NCBI GenBank assembly: GCA_048013815.1
Contig: CM106585.1
Coordinates: forward strand, 2,914,001-2,978,000
Source of the DNA: Setoptus koraiensis
Taxonomy: Eukaryota; Animalia; Arthropoda
Direction: 5' to 3'
DNA: 64,000 nt
The notes under the pieces are model-generated. The model was given only the letters and a program-made list of their open reading frames with translations. It was not told the DNA's origin and did not search any database. Position numbers and translations under genes: made by a program. Positions 1 to 13,253 of this stretch are shown in pieces (position 1 is the first letter of the stretch; the number at the start of each line of letters is the position of its first letter).

Positions 1-2
1 AC

Positions 3-672
3 ATTAGTGCTCTACATCAATTATTGTTTGAATTTAAACAGATACGGGAACATTTTAGTGGCGAATTGCATCTGTCTCTGTTTATAACATTTTTCTCATT
101 AGCATGGTTCATCAATTCGATAGCTGTCACATATAAATGTCTCGATTGCGAACAGACCTTAACCATCAGCATGACGGCATTGTTGTCTGTTTGTTACCTG
201 TTGTCTATTTTTCTACGAATCGTTGGCGTGGCGCTCATATCAATGAAGGTAACTGATCACTAATCAACACAACTCGTTAATATCTTAACTTATCAATATA
301 CAATATATAATTAATTTCTCCATGTTTCTTCGCCGCATCTGTCATGGAAACAGTTCAAGAAAATCAATCGCAAACTGTATCAATTGTTGGCTCAGCAGTA
401 TCTGTCGGCTCGAATGAGACGTAGATTTCTTCGTGAAAGTTCGAGGCATCTGCAGAGAAATTCCGCAACATCCGTGGTGCTATTCGGTATGATTCCTCTG
501 ACATTCGAACATTTTCCAACGGTGAGTATCGCATCTGACAAACAACTTTCGCTTGATGGGACTGCTCGCTAACAAACAATTTACTTCTATTTAACTTGTT
601 GTATTGCAGGTGATAGTTTGGCTGACCACGGTGGTTTATATATTTCTTCAGTTCGTGGCTCATGATCTATGA
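3..672 (+). CDS. Gustatory receptor (7tm_7-like), 3' part; exons <3-248, 354-521, 610-672
   Basis: GT-AG introns 249-353 and 522-609 are both phase 0 and join the frames into ...LLSIFLRIVGVALISMK|FKKINRKLYQLL...SVVLFGMIPLTFEHFPT|VIVWLTTVVYIFLQFVAHDL*. The C-terminus matches the GR TM7 motif TYhhhhhQF, and C-terminal phase-0 introns are typical of GRs. Frame is open to the window edge. Confidence 0.8.
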
Positions 673-3600
673 TCTAAGTGCACATACATGGTCGCCACAT
701 GAACTCATGAGCTTGCTTGTTTTTTGCAATCTAGCAAAATCTAGGATGATAAAGGGGCAAAACGTGATAGCTCTGGACTAGGCGAAACAGGCGCGTTCAT
801 CAAGTTGCGATTCAATTAGCAAGTCTGCGGGGCGAATCCTATCACTTGTCAACCTAATTGTGTTTGTGCTGACTGTATAATGTATAAATACATTGTATAT
901 TGTTGTTTTAGCAAACGTAACTAAAAGTAAATAACAAACTCGGCAAATATACATTGACAAGAAATAAAAGCAGATAATTAACTGACACCAAAAATAATCA
1001 ATCATTTTGCAGGCAGCGGAATAATGGATGCTCTAATTGAAAAATAATCTACTAATAACATTTCTCTTTTCAATTCCATTAATCACGTATTTTTTGAGCA
1101 TTGTGTCGTCGGCTAAGCCGTCACAAAATAACTGTGTGTGAGTGCAGCGGTGTGTCTAATTAATGAGTGTTTTGAGAGGACTATTTTCATCAATGCCATC
1201 ATTTTGGAGATACTAATTATCTCTAGTATCATATGTGCAAGTGTGCTAAACTAAAACTTTGATCGAGCATAACGCTCATCCATGCACCGGTATCGTTTGC
1301 AGCCATTAGTGACTTGACATTCACAAGTTTCATTCATTCATACATCATTGGGCTAATATCAACAATGGCAAGTCGATATCACTATCTAACGGTGTGTCTA
1401 ACGGGTGTAAAGTTGCTTGAGAGCTATGAGTGACGGAAACGTTAGATGCATTAGAAATGATGATCCGCTAATGGGCATAGCTTAGCACTAACTGCACTCA
1501 CTCTTGGCCGGGCTCGACATGGTCATCGGGGCCGGTTGGGTGGATTTGTGCGCGGGCGACATGTATCAAATAATAATAATAATAATCTATAGGTGAGGTG
1601 AGGTGAGATAAATTAATGATGGCCATCACATGATTGAGTGCTGACGGTGCTAGACGAGGGTCTATTTGTGGCCCATACAATAATTGATCATGTCGTGTGA
1701 ATATTGTTGCCGTTGCATGTTTGCGTCCGGTGAGTTGTATTGGCTGGCATTGAGTGCATCTTGTGACACAGGAAAATCACCAGAAATTGGCGCTAGTTAA
1801 TGACGAGCAAAAGAAACAACAACAGCAGCAACGACAACGACGACAACAACAACAACAATAACGACGACGACATGACGTTGTCGGGACGTGACCATTTAGC
1901 AGTGCATGTTAATGTGCTATATATACCGGTGTGGCGCAAATGTAAATGCATGTGGCAGGGTAGTCAGACAGAGACAGAGAGACAGAGTAAGAAAAAATTG
2001 TTACACCTGCCCGTTGGTTTGTGTTGGTTTGTCCAGCCCGGCTGACAGGTTGACGCGAATGCAACTTCATTGTGAGCGTACAATTGTGACGGCCACGAGC
2101 GTGTTACAGTTTATTTAGTTGAATGCAAGCTGCAAGAATCAACAACTATATTTAGATCACTGTATTGTCACTGTATCTCTGATGTGTAAATGTCACACAA
2201 TCACGACATGACACGCGCAAACAACAACTTTACTTACCTAGATTATAATCGTCTGATAATTTATTTGTGCGCTGGCCAATGTCGTTGCTGGCGCTCACTT
2301 TTGCGCTGCCACACGCCACACATATCGCACCGCGTTGCCATATCGCACAGATAGGCCAGATAAAATCTCTTGTTGCAGTTTGATACAGTTTAATGAGCAG
2401 CCTGAATCTACAAAAATTGTAATCAAAAATTGTTCGCCAGTGCACGATTCAAGAAAATTTGTTCGCTTTGTGTGCTAGTTGCGCGTTTGTTGTTGCTCGC
2501 TGTTGTGCCCCCCACGCCACGTTGGGCCCAATCCTTCCGGGTGCCAGTCGCAACAACGGCTCTGGCCCGAATTGAATATCGCCACTTTTGGCGCACTGCG
2601 TGTTATAATTGTTGTTTGGCCCCACAAATTGTTGCCTCTTGTTGGCCCTGCGCGCCTCTCTGTCGCCATTCTGTGTGTGTTCTCTAGTGGTGTGTGTGTG
2701 TCTGGCCGGCGCAGATTTTATCAAAATGGTGGCGCTCACAATGGTGGCCATCTATTGCTATTTTTGGGGCCCGCGGGTGCCCAATTAGTGCGCTTATAGG
2801 TAGGGAATGTATCACCGCTGCGACTGTCGTAGTGAGCGGCTGGCTTAGATTTTAGATTGGCGCTAATTGCTACGTGACATTCTTCGGAATGCAACTGCAT
2901 TGGCAAGACGACGACGACGACGACGACGATTGCCGCAATTGTCTTTTGGGCATTGCGCCAATTGATGGCGCAACAAGCCAGCCAGTTTTAAACGGGCCCC
3001 AGTGTAATACTGTCTGGCGTTGTGCCCCTTCCCCCGTGACCTGTTTGTTTGTGGCCATAGTTGTGTGTGCGCGCGATAATGGCAATAATAATCATCATAA
3101 TTATACACGCTTATTTACATGCACGTTGCCAGCCGACACACACACACACACACACATATTGCATAATGGCCATAAGTAAATGTGCATAAGTTATTACGTA
3201 AAGGTTGCGGCCGTTATATCCGCGTTGCCAGCCCCACTTGGGCGTTAACGTCAATCTACGAATGAGATTTTCGAATGTGTGGGGCCCTTTGTGAGGCCCA
3301 AATCGGTTTGTTTGTTTTTTGTTGTTGTTTGTTTGTTTCCTCGTGTGACGAACATGTGACTATGAGCATCCACTGATCGCACCATACCAAAGGCTCGCCA
3401 CACAAAAGCTTGACTGATCATCTTGACATTCAAAAGGCATGTCGATGCGGCCACATTTTGCGCCTACAACCAGATTTTTATCACAACCCGCCAGCTACAA
3501 CCGGCTCAAATCAAGCTGATCCGTGTCAGCTGATATGCGCTGCCATCAGATTCAGACACAATCCGCTCGCTGCCAATGATACCGACTAACCCAAATAGCC

Positions 3601-3941
3601 ACATATAGTCACATATAAGCCATTCGATAGATAATGAGTAATTTGATGGCCAAATGATACACCTCCGCCAGCGCCTGTCAGTAATTGATTGATCTGTTGC
3701 GATTATTTGGCTGTGCGATTTGGCCGTCATTAGCCGCAGCTACCCAAAGTTTGTTGATTGTGTTCATTGGGCGACGAGAAAATATCGCCCACAGGCTTAC
3801 CTTTCGTTTCGTAACAATGTTGTGTGTGTGGCTCGCTAATTAGCTATGCTGGGTGCATATAACGGTTGCGTTAAATGAGCAAAATCAATTACTCGCGCGC
3901 TAATTAAACATTATCTAGTTACTTTGTGTCCAGTCTAGATA

Positions 3942-3974
<33 letters not shown>

Positions 3975-5478
3975 TGGGCAAATCACGAGTGCTTTTACAA
4001 CTGCATCATTGGCTAAATGGAACCAAGATTCGCATCATCGCTGCCATTGCGTATCACACCGATATAGGTCACACAAAAGGCCCATTGAACAGGTGAGCAA
4101 GCTTTATTTGGTGCAATATACGTAATAATGCGTAATAATGCGTAATACGGTAGTACGGTTTGTGTTTGTGGCGGCAATTGCGCCCAATCGAGAGTAGAGG
4201 GCGCTGAAATGACAAAGAAAATAAAATAAAGTAAAAATCCTCAGCCTTTTATCTTGACTATTTTTTCTTGTCAGAAAATTGTTGTGACAAACAGTGTCTA
4301 CTTAGCTGGCGAAAGGTTTATCCTATCGACATACTATTCGCATAAAGCAATAGTGTAGGCACTAGTAATAAGATAATAATAGTGCTAAATAAAAATAATC
4401 ACTCACTAATAATAGTGTGTTCACCGTGTGTCTGACTTTGTTTATTTAGCTCGTTGTGGCAAGCTCACTTGTAACGTTCAATTGACTAGTCAAATTGGAG
4501 CATTCATATAGTTTAATCATATGATATGTGGCCAATGTGTGCGGCTTATACGCGACCATACTACTACTTTTAGGCATATATACACTTTTAGGCATATATA
4601 TACTTTCAGGCAGCAGCCAGCAAGGAAGTGTTGCGGTGAACGGTGGGTCAACATGAAAGACACGCCAGGTTGACTTTTAATACAATACCTGTGTACAACA
4701 GCAGTATAGGACATGGCCGCATCGTTATATTTACATTACAACATAATAATAACCGTTACATGCACATGATATAACTAGTTACAAAGCTCGCCAAGCTCGC
4801 CAAGCAACAAAGGTGAGCCGGTGTGTTGGGGGCCCGATATAGAAAATGGTGCTAGTGAATGCTTTATTATGTCAGTTGAGTATTATTCTAATTTATAAAT
4901 ATCATCATTTTTATAAACATCATTTTCGGTTCCTCAACCATAACTCATTGGCGATTGTGATTCGCATGCGGGCCAGCTCTTGATCGCGGCCACCACAAAA
5001 AGACGCGGCCAGCTACCTGGCGGCTGGCGACTGGCGGCCGTTTTGTGTGTGGCTGTACAAGTAAATGGATACAAGTTTCGAAGGCCACCTAAAGGTGTGT
5101 TTGTGTACCTATTTAGCCGTGTACAGGCGGCCCATTGGACGGTGTTATTGTTCATTGTAAACTAAACCTGAACAACGCACCTGAACAACGCCAACAAGTA
5201 ACGGGTTGGCAAGGGATTCGCGGCCATTTATGAGGCGCCTCGACAGGCACGGCCAGCCGAACCGAGTGAAGTGATGCGCGCGTTGAGTCGTTAGGCTAAA
5301 TGGGGCGCCAACACACACATGATGATGGATCATGTAAATGCCGGCTGCAAATGTTGGCCGCATGAAAGCGGTTTTGGGCCATTTGTTGTAGCAATGTTGT
5401 GTGTATGTATTATATACGGATATTTGCAATGCACACACATTTATCGGGATATTTGCGGCACACACACAACACTGACTG

Positions 5479-5533
5479 CCGACAAACCACCGACAAACCA
5501 CCGACAAACCACCGACAAACCACCGACAAACCA
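5479..5533. repeat. Tandem repeat, 11 bp x5 (CCGACAAACCA)
   Basis: Five perfect copies read directly. Confidence 0.9.
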
Positions 5534-6494
5534 CATGAGCTCACAGTGTATTTTGTCCGACGCTGGCGCTGCGCAGCGAGAGCGCAGCAAATTATAATCG
5601 AATGTCACGCCAATAATCTAATCAAAGCTGGCAATATTTAATGAATATCAACCAGCTGAGGCCCCCAATGACATGTGTGCACCTGTGCCCTGATCGATTA
5701 TGGGTGGGCTCCTTGCAGGCACGGTTGCAGTGGCACGGGTTGGCTGGCGATGGCTGCATTTAGCCAGCCAGCCAGCCAGCCAGCCAGCCAGTGACATGCA
5801 AGTGTCCGGCGTTGCGCCCCTCGTTTCCATGGGCGCCCAATCATTTTATTTCATCGCTCCTTTTTGCGCCTCGCCACACCAAGACACACCGACTTGTTTG
5901 TGACCTATAAATATATAAATATTTTTGTGTATAAATATAAACTTTACATGTATAGCAATATAAAGAGAATAAAGAGAGCGAGTCTTTGTTTTATGTTTGT
6001 AACAAGCGCTCCTTTGTATGAGCAAGTGATTATGTAACGACGGCGCAATCGATGATCAATGCACACCGTGAGCATATATGCACACTGTTGGTGTGTGTGT
6101 GTCATTGTGGTTATAAATATTCACAAGTCGGCTGCGAATTGGAGCCTCCAAGGTGACACTTGACGGCACGCGTAAATTAATTATCGACGCTTGTTATTTT
6201 ATTCAATTTTCGCCTCTTAACAGCGGCGGCTTCCATCAGTTTCATGTGTGTCTTTACTTTACTCTCTCATAGACTATGAGTCATAGTCATCACACGCGAC
6301 ACACAATAGAGCGGGCGACACAGCGAAACCGGAAGTGGCAATGGCCAGATAAGATGAAACAGCAGTTTGGCCGGTGGGCCAATGTGACAGTAGTAACGTA
6401 TTGCACAATTTGCAGCCGGTTTAGCGTGGCCGAACCGGCCAAACTGACTCAAGCGGCGCACGTATGCAGATGAGTCTAGCCAGATGACATGTGT

Positions 6495-6538
6495 TGCATG
6501 TAGCGCGTGTTCTATTTATAAAACACGCGCTACATGCA
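6495..6538. other. Perfect 17-bp inverted repeat with 10-nt loop CTATTTATAA
   Basis: TGCATGTAGCGCGTGTT (6495-6511) and AACACGCGCTACATGCA (6522-6538) are exact reverse complements. Confidence 0.9.
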
Positions 6539-6584
6539 GATATTTATATCACTTTACATTGCATTTCATAACTGGCACGTTGAT

Positions 6585-6622
<38 letters not shown>

Positions 6623-7803
6623 GCTAACGGAACAGCAGTTTGGCAAACAGCAAGCAGCTGGCTTGTGTCAAGCTGCAAACATTCAAACATGCGCGTTACG
6701 TAACACGGTCGCAGCATATGCTGCAGCATGCTGCCACCGCTTTCATCTTATCTTTGCACCTTTGCGTTTGCAGCATTTCGAAACGCGACGCCCAAGGACG
6801 CGCCGGCCACGGTCAATTAATTGTGCCCCATTGTGCACACATACGATGATTTAAACTGTGTACGCCATGCAAAAATAACCAGCCAAAGTTAGCGAAAGTG
6901 GCCAACTTTTTGAGTCGCACTGTGTGTCACACGGATTGCGAAAAGTCACAAATGATGAAAAGTTGCGTCAGACACGCACTCAAATTGGGGCCACGAATTA
7001 ACACAACTTAAGAACTCGCTTAACGTTGCCGCCCGTGCCACTGTTGTTGTCGAGCTAGTCGAGCTAGTCGAGTCTGGCGCTTGTCTCGCTGCTGCTGCTG
7101 ACTCGGCACCCATTAGGCTCATGATAACTGCATTTCGCTTGCTAACAAATTACTCTCTATATTTTGGTCTCTATTCGCTCATTATTTGCATCTGTGCTAG
7201 TTTTTTCTCTCCAAAGTTCACAGTTTTAGCGTAGTGTTTTTGTTTAACTGTGCCACTTTGATATCGACGCAACATTTCGCTATCGTTTGCGTCATTTGTG
7301 CCGTCATCGAGATGCTGCCCGATAGCATGATTACGATGATGATTGTTCGGTTGAAAATTCTGTTAAATTTTGGTTAATTTCAACTTGCAGCTATTGTGTT
7401 TGTTATTATTTATTGTGTCTAGCTTGCCGTGTGTTGTTGGCCCTATTTCAACTGTGATTATGCCCGTATTAGTTACCACTGTCAGCTGATTGGCTGTGGG
7501 GCCTCAACAGCTTGGGCCTCGATGCCGCAACATTTACATGCGCGGCGCGCATATTGCCGCGTCAAATATAAAATATATATAACTGGTCATATGTGTTCCG
7601 CGTATATGTATGCTGCTGCTGCTGGCTGCCATATGACGGGCGCCAGTGTTTGTCGCCAGTAGCGTGCCACTTCACCGATCAGGGTCACCGAGTATCTTTA
7701 TTTAATATCCAGCCAACAAGTCACAAGCTGATAAACAAATAAGCCCCTCGTACGCCGCCAGAGCTGTGCGCTGTAGCCGGCCTGTGGTTGGGCTTTGGAG
7801 GGG

Positions 7804-7887
7804 CCAACGAGATCGGCGAGTCGCCCAACGAGATCGGCGAGTCGCCCAACGAGATCGGCGAGTCGCCCAACGAGATCGGCGAGTCGC
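7804..7887. repeat. Tandem repeat, 21 bp x4 (CCAACGAGATCGGCGAGTCGC)
   Basis: Four perfect copies plus a degenerate fifth; source of the NEIGESP-repeat pseudo-ORFs. Confidence 0.9.
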
Positions 7888-8372
7888 CCGCAGAGATCAG
7901 CAAAGATCGCAGAGCTGCTTGGGCGAGCCTCCGAACGCTGAGATCGCGAACAGGTAGCAGCAAAATGTAGGTTACGCATGAGACAAAAATAGCAAAATTA
8001 AACCACTTACCACACACCTGTCTGTGACTGGCCCACTAACAACCGGGCCAATAATGTTGCCGCTTGGCGCTTATTATGTGCGGAACAAGTTAATATTTCA
8101 AGTTTGAAACACACAGCTATGTCTCACTCAAACTTGAGTCTCGCAAGTCGGCTCAACTTGAACAAGACGGCCCCTTAAAAATGAATTTGATAATAATAAT
8201 AATAATAAAAACTTGAGCTTGAGCTTGAATTTGTGCCTATTTCGCCGGGAAACAACAAGCGCGCGCGCGCGCGAGCCATTGTTAAGCACGCAATGTCTCG
8301 TGCTCATTTGTGTGCATTAACATAATAAGAATATGAGGACAGGTGAGGGCTCGCTCGTGCTCGTGCTCGTGC

Positions 8373-8403
8373 GCTAGTGACTCACTCATAGTGAGTCACT
8401 AGC
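8373..8403. promoter_or_regulatory. 14-bp stem palindrome carrying two inverted AP-1-type TGA(C/G)TCA sites
   Basis: GCTAGTGACTCACT-CAT-AGTGAGTCACTAGC read directly. Regulatory function is inference only. Confidence 0.35.
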
Positions 8404-8781
8404 CCAGTGCCGGAGATACATTAGTAGTGCTGCTGCTGGATAGTCAGCAGGTAACGTCTTGTTGAATTTACATCATCCGTTTGTGTGTGTCGCTATATCA
8501 TCTGCTTATATCACCTGCTCATATCATCTGCTCATATAAGCTGCTTATATCGTCTGCTTGCTCGTCATATCATGCGCGACTCGTACCTGTGAGCTGTATC
8601 AATGAGCGAGCCGGCGACACACAACGGCAACAATGACATTATTTACCTGTGCAAGTCACCGGCGCATTCGGGGGTTATCTTGGCCGGGGTGCATTGTTGT
8701 CGCCATTTAAAACTAGACCGAAGCGCCGCCAAATGCCACCGCCGACGCAAACAAAACGCTGGTCCGAGCTGGCTCGGCCAG

Positions 8782-8863
8782 CGACTAAATATCGGCCCAC
8801 TAAATGCCGGCCGACTAAATGCCGGCCCACTGGATATCGGCCGACTGGATATCGGCCGACTGG
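8782..8863. repeat. Degenerate tandem repeat, 15 bp x about 5.5 (C(G/C)ACT(AA/GG)AT(AT/GC)CGGC)
   Basis: Units start at 8782, 8797, 8812, 8827, 8842 and 8857. Confidence 0.8.
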
Positions 8864-11172
8864 CGATAGTTGCGCGCGGCTACAAATTGACTTTCGCGAT
8901 GCCACGTGGTGTTTGCGGCGGCAACAGTGCAGCAATAATATCGTCATTACTTTCAATTCAAGTATGCACTAAACCGAGTACGAGTTTGAGTTCGAGTTTG
9001 AGCTCGAGATTGAACCGAGTTTGAATTTTGTGTCGGGGCCCACAATTGATGGGCCGGCTTTTTTGGTGTGCGCTTGCAGTGCGCACTGCCGGACCAATGC
9101 CAACGGTTTGCAAATTCACCGGCCGATCACCGACAGATCATCGGTGGCGATATTTACCGAAAGGCATGACGAGACACAGTCATGCCCCTTGATAAATATA
9201 TTTGTTCGGCGAACGCCCGGCAATCGCCTGCCCAGGCTCACGGCCAGGTGGGCCCCTCCAGTGGGCGAGGATTCGCATTATAATAGAATATTGGAATCGG
9301 ATTCAATTTAATGCGCAAATTTCAATTGTGTGTTCGGGGCGCCCGCCAAATAGAATAATGGGCAAATTCTTCGAGTGAGCATTGTAGTGGGCACAGTTTT
9401 CAGCAAGAGGCACCAGCCAAATAACACTGATAATAAAACTCTGATTAGAAGCCGGCCAACTGGCCGCAACTCAAATATGCAACTGCGTATGTATGCGCGC
9501 TCTGGCTCTGATTTGGGGCCAAGTTGATGCAAACTTTTGATTGCAAACCCTGACCACTGCATTCATTGCTGGTCGGACAGTCCGAGGGTCGGATGGTCGG
9601 ATGGTCGGATGGTCGGATAGTCGGACGGTCGGATGGTTGGTTAGCTGACTGGCTGGTTGTTTGGCCGGGCGGTGGGCGTCGCAGGGCGAGCGAGCGCCGG
9701 CACGACTACTGTGGCGGGCCGACATTGAGTTGACATGACTTTCCGCTACTCGCTAACCTCCCCCGTTTCCCGGAAGCACCGTTAAGTGTACACAGGCGGC
9801 CGCGGCGCGTGCAGGCCGCGGATGATAATATGCAACTCTCCACTGATAATAATCATAACTGTCTGTTCTCGTGCCCACCGCCAGCCAGCCGGCCGGCCCG
9901 CAAGCTCGCCGCTGGGTGCACGAGCCAGAATGCGAGCCGGTATGCGAGTTATTATAAAAGTTGTTGTCGCTGTGCAACTCTCATGTGAGTGGTTGCGCAA
10001 TCACAGTTTCATATAGTCCAACAATCACAATCAATGTCACACACAATGGGGGCCCTCTTGGGCCCCCGCCACATAATCGCGCCACCGCCTGACGCGCTGT
10101 GCTCGTGCGGCCGCCGGGCCGGGCCGGCACGAACCTGGGCCGGCCGGCCGCACGAGCACAGTGCTGGTCGGTTGCCAGCGCAAGCCCAACAATGGCTGTC
10201 TCTTGTTACAACTGTGCGTTGCGTATGAAATTGGCGAGCTATTTAGTTGTATCATCATGATAGTTGCATCATCATGGTTACGGCACGCGCAAAAACGACA
10301 CGTACTGACGTGGCTGCTCGCCGGCCGCGAATACCCCCACAGATGCCCAGATAATGATGGACAGTGCCGGACAATGGCCGAGTGGCCCGAGTTAGAATAA
10401 TGGCCAGCCGAATATCGTCACCAACTGGCTACATTGCCAAACGGCCAGCTTACAGCGCCACCGGCAAGCCTACACCGGGTTTACCTGTCGTCCCGATTCA
10501 ACTGCGTTGAGCGACTCGACGCATAAACCAATAAAACGCGCACTGCTCAGGTGTTAATAGGCTTGTTTTGTGGGTCACACGCGGCCGATTGTTTTATCTG
10601 GCTGTTTTGGGGCGCCCAGCCGCAAAATGGGCGCATCCGGCAAGACTGTGCCCGCAGGACTGTGCCCGCAGGAGTGTGCGTGGCGCGGCTCGCGAGCCGG
10701 CCAGAGCCGGTGCCCGGCTAATTGACACAGTTGCCGTCGGTACAAACGACGTTGATTATTGGCCGCGATTGGCTCTAATTGCGCTGCCCGTGTGCGGTCG
10801 CTTAAACCAATTGGTAATTTCACAAACAACAACAGCTACGTTTAATTTGTCTCGTGTGCGCGCTGTTATTAGCCGGCCCCCGGTGCGCGTCCAACAATCT
10901 CCGTCGGACACAACTCAAAATGCGCAGCTAAAAACCGGGCCCCCACCCGGTATTTGTGTCAGTGTGTGTGTGTGTGTGTGTCTATTGTAAACACAACAAA
11001 CGGCGGGGGGGGGGGGCGACAGACGGGCGAGCGCAATGGCGTCAGACAGACGAGCGATGAATGGCAAAAAAGTAAAAGTAACTGTTAGCGATAAATACAA
11101 ACGATCTGCTGATAGCGCTCGGCGGCTGGCTGGGCGCGCCGATGATATATCACTTGATGTAGGTAGACAACA

Positions 11173-11204
<32 letters not shown>

Positions 11205-11438
11205 CCGTTGCCGCTGTCGTTGTTGTCGTTGTCGTTGCCGCTGTCGTCGGGTTGGCGCTGGCTTGTGGTGATTGAGACGCTTAGGTGCACATAGGGTCGT
11301 TTGCGCACGGCTAGTTTAACCTGTCGCAAACAACACCAGACGACGGCCCGGTGATCGGTCATTTTGAACCGCTCATTCGCTGCCTGCTTGGCCCGCCAAG
11401 ACACAACAGCCGGTGGCTTGGTGCGGCCGACCGCTCTG

Positions 11439-11489
11439 CTGCTCAAACGCCGGGGCTGCTCAAACGCCGGGGCTGCTCAAACGCCGGGG
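11439..11489. repeat. Tandem repeat, 17 bp x3 (CTGCTCAAACGCCGGGG)
   Basis: Three perfect copies. Confidence 0.85.
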
Positions 11490-12784
11490 CGGCCAGACGA
11501 ACGCTCGGCCGGCCAGCCAGCCAGATTTGAGCCCTGATGAGCCAGATAAAGCGGCCCGCTGAGTGGTTGAGCGACAGAAAGAAGATATCTCGTCGTCGCC
11601 GTCGTCGGCGGCCCGCTCGCCGGCACAGATTTCGGCCCGAAACAGATTGGCGCGCGGGTGTTGCATGGCGACACACACGACGACGACAAACATACGCCCG
11701 ATTACAGGTATGAAACAATGGCCCATAAACAAGGGCGCAAGCGCGCCTCAAATTACACCCATGTCACGGGGATTATCAGCGCGCACAGGTAAAAGCAGAC
11801 GGTAAAGAAGGTAAAAATAGACGAACAAACAATGGAGGCGCAACGACAGCCAGAGAGAATGGGATAAAATGGAACAAAATAAAATAAAATAAAATGGCTC
11901 GCAGCGCCGGCACAAAAGTGGCACAAATGGGCGCACGCTGAGACGACCACGACATGTATTTGGCCCACAAGATGAACGATGGGGTGTGAACAAAGCATCA
12001 AGTTGGCCCAGCCAAATGATACGTGCCACTGGGAGCCCCGATTGCTCGCACGCCCCTCCCATTCGGCGAGCGGCCTCCCCCGGGCCTGCGCGTACCCGGG
12101 AGACGCGGGCCCAGGCGGGCGCTTCTGGCAGCCGCTTTATGCGGCGGCCCGCTTCATCCGGCGGCCAGCCAGCGCCAGTTGAACGGCGGCTGGATGGGCG
12201 GCTGCTCTGGCGGGCTGCCGGGCCCGTGGCATGTGTCTTGTGCGCTGTTTAATCTGATATTCATTTTTTTATCGCTTATCGACGCCGTGGCTCGTATCAA
12301 GTGATCACCGCAAACAGCAAGCGCCGACTCACATTGTGACTGGCAATTTGTGAGCGCGGCACAGCCGTACGGCACCCGCTCTGCGGCCAACCGGCGGCCA
12401 GGCGAGCTAGAGCGGGCGCCAACGGCACAGGTGAACGAGAAACAGGTGAAGTGCTCTGTTGACAGACAGCATGTGTGTCTCACTGTCCCGTCCCGTGGGG
12501 TCCGATGTGTGTCATGATGTGGCGCCCCAATAAGACACAACGCACACACACAGCCATGGGGCAGATTGCAATTTGGATTGGGGCGCGCGCGGCGGGATAT
12601 GTGTGTTTTTGGAGCGAAAAGTTAATACAAGTCGTTTGCTGGAATGGTTGCGGCTCGGAGCCGGTGGCCGCCGCCGCCGTGCGCCAGAGTGTATGCAAAC
12701 AAAGCGAGGGGCGCATGCATTTTTCATTGGATGGCTAACTAAGCCACCATTATGCGCTGGCTGGCGAATTGGGCCGGCCCGGCC

Positions 12785-12848
12785 CGGCGATAGAATATAA
12801 CGGCGATAGAATATAGCGGCGATAGAATATAGCGGCGATAGAATATAA
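12785..12848. repeat. Tandem repeat, 16 bp x4 (CGGCGATAGAATATA(A/G))
   Basis: Four near-perfect copies. Confidence 0.9.
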
Positions 12849-13210
12849 AATGGCCTGTGCCGCGTTTGAGCGAGCGCGACAGCGCCAACAACCGAAACAA
12901 CGGCGACACAACTGGCTGATTTGGTGGCAGCGATCGCTCTGTGCACGGACACTCTCCAAGAGAAGCGACTCTGAGAGAGAGGGGCCCCGAGAGTTGTTCA
13001 GAGAGCTGTGCAGCGAGCGAGCGAGAGAGTATCTCGTATATCGAGTATATCTCTAGCCACGAGATATACTCTCGGGCGAGAGGGGCGAGGGACGAGTTTG
13101 GCGCACACACACACACATGTTTTATGGCGGCATGGAAAGGAGGGCATGGGGCCCTTATGATGGGGCCGAGCCGGAGTGCACGCACACCGTCGGCGCACAA
13201 TATGGCCGGC

Positions 13211-13253
<43 letters not shown>

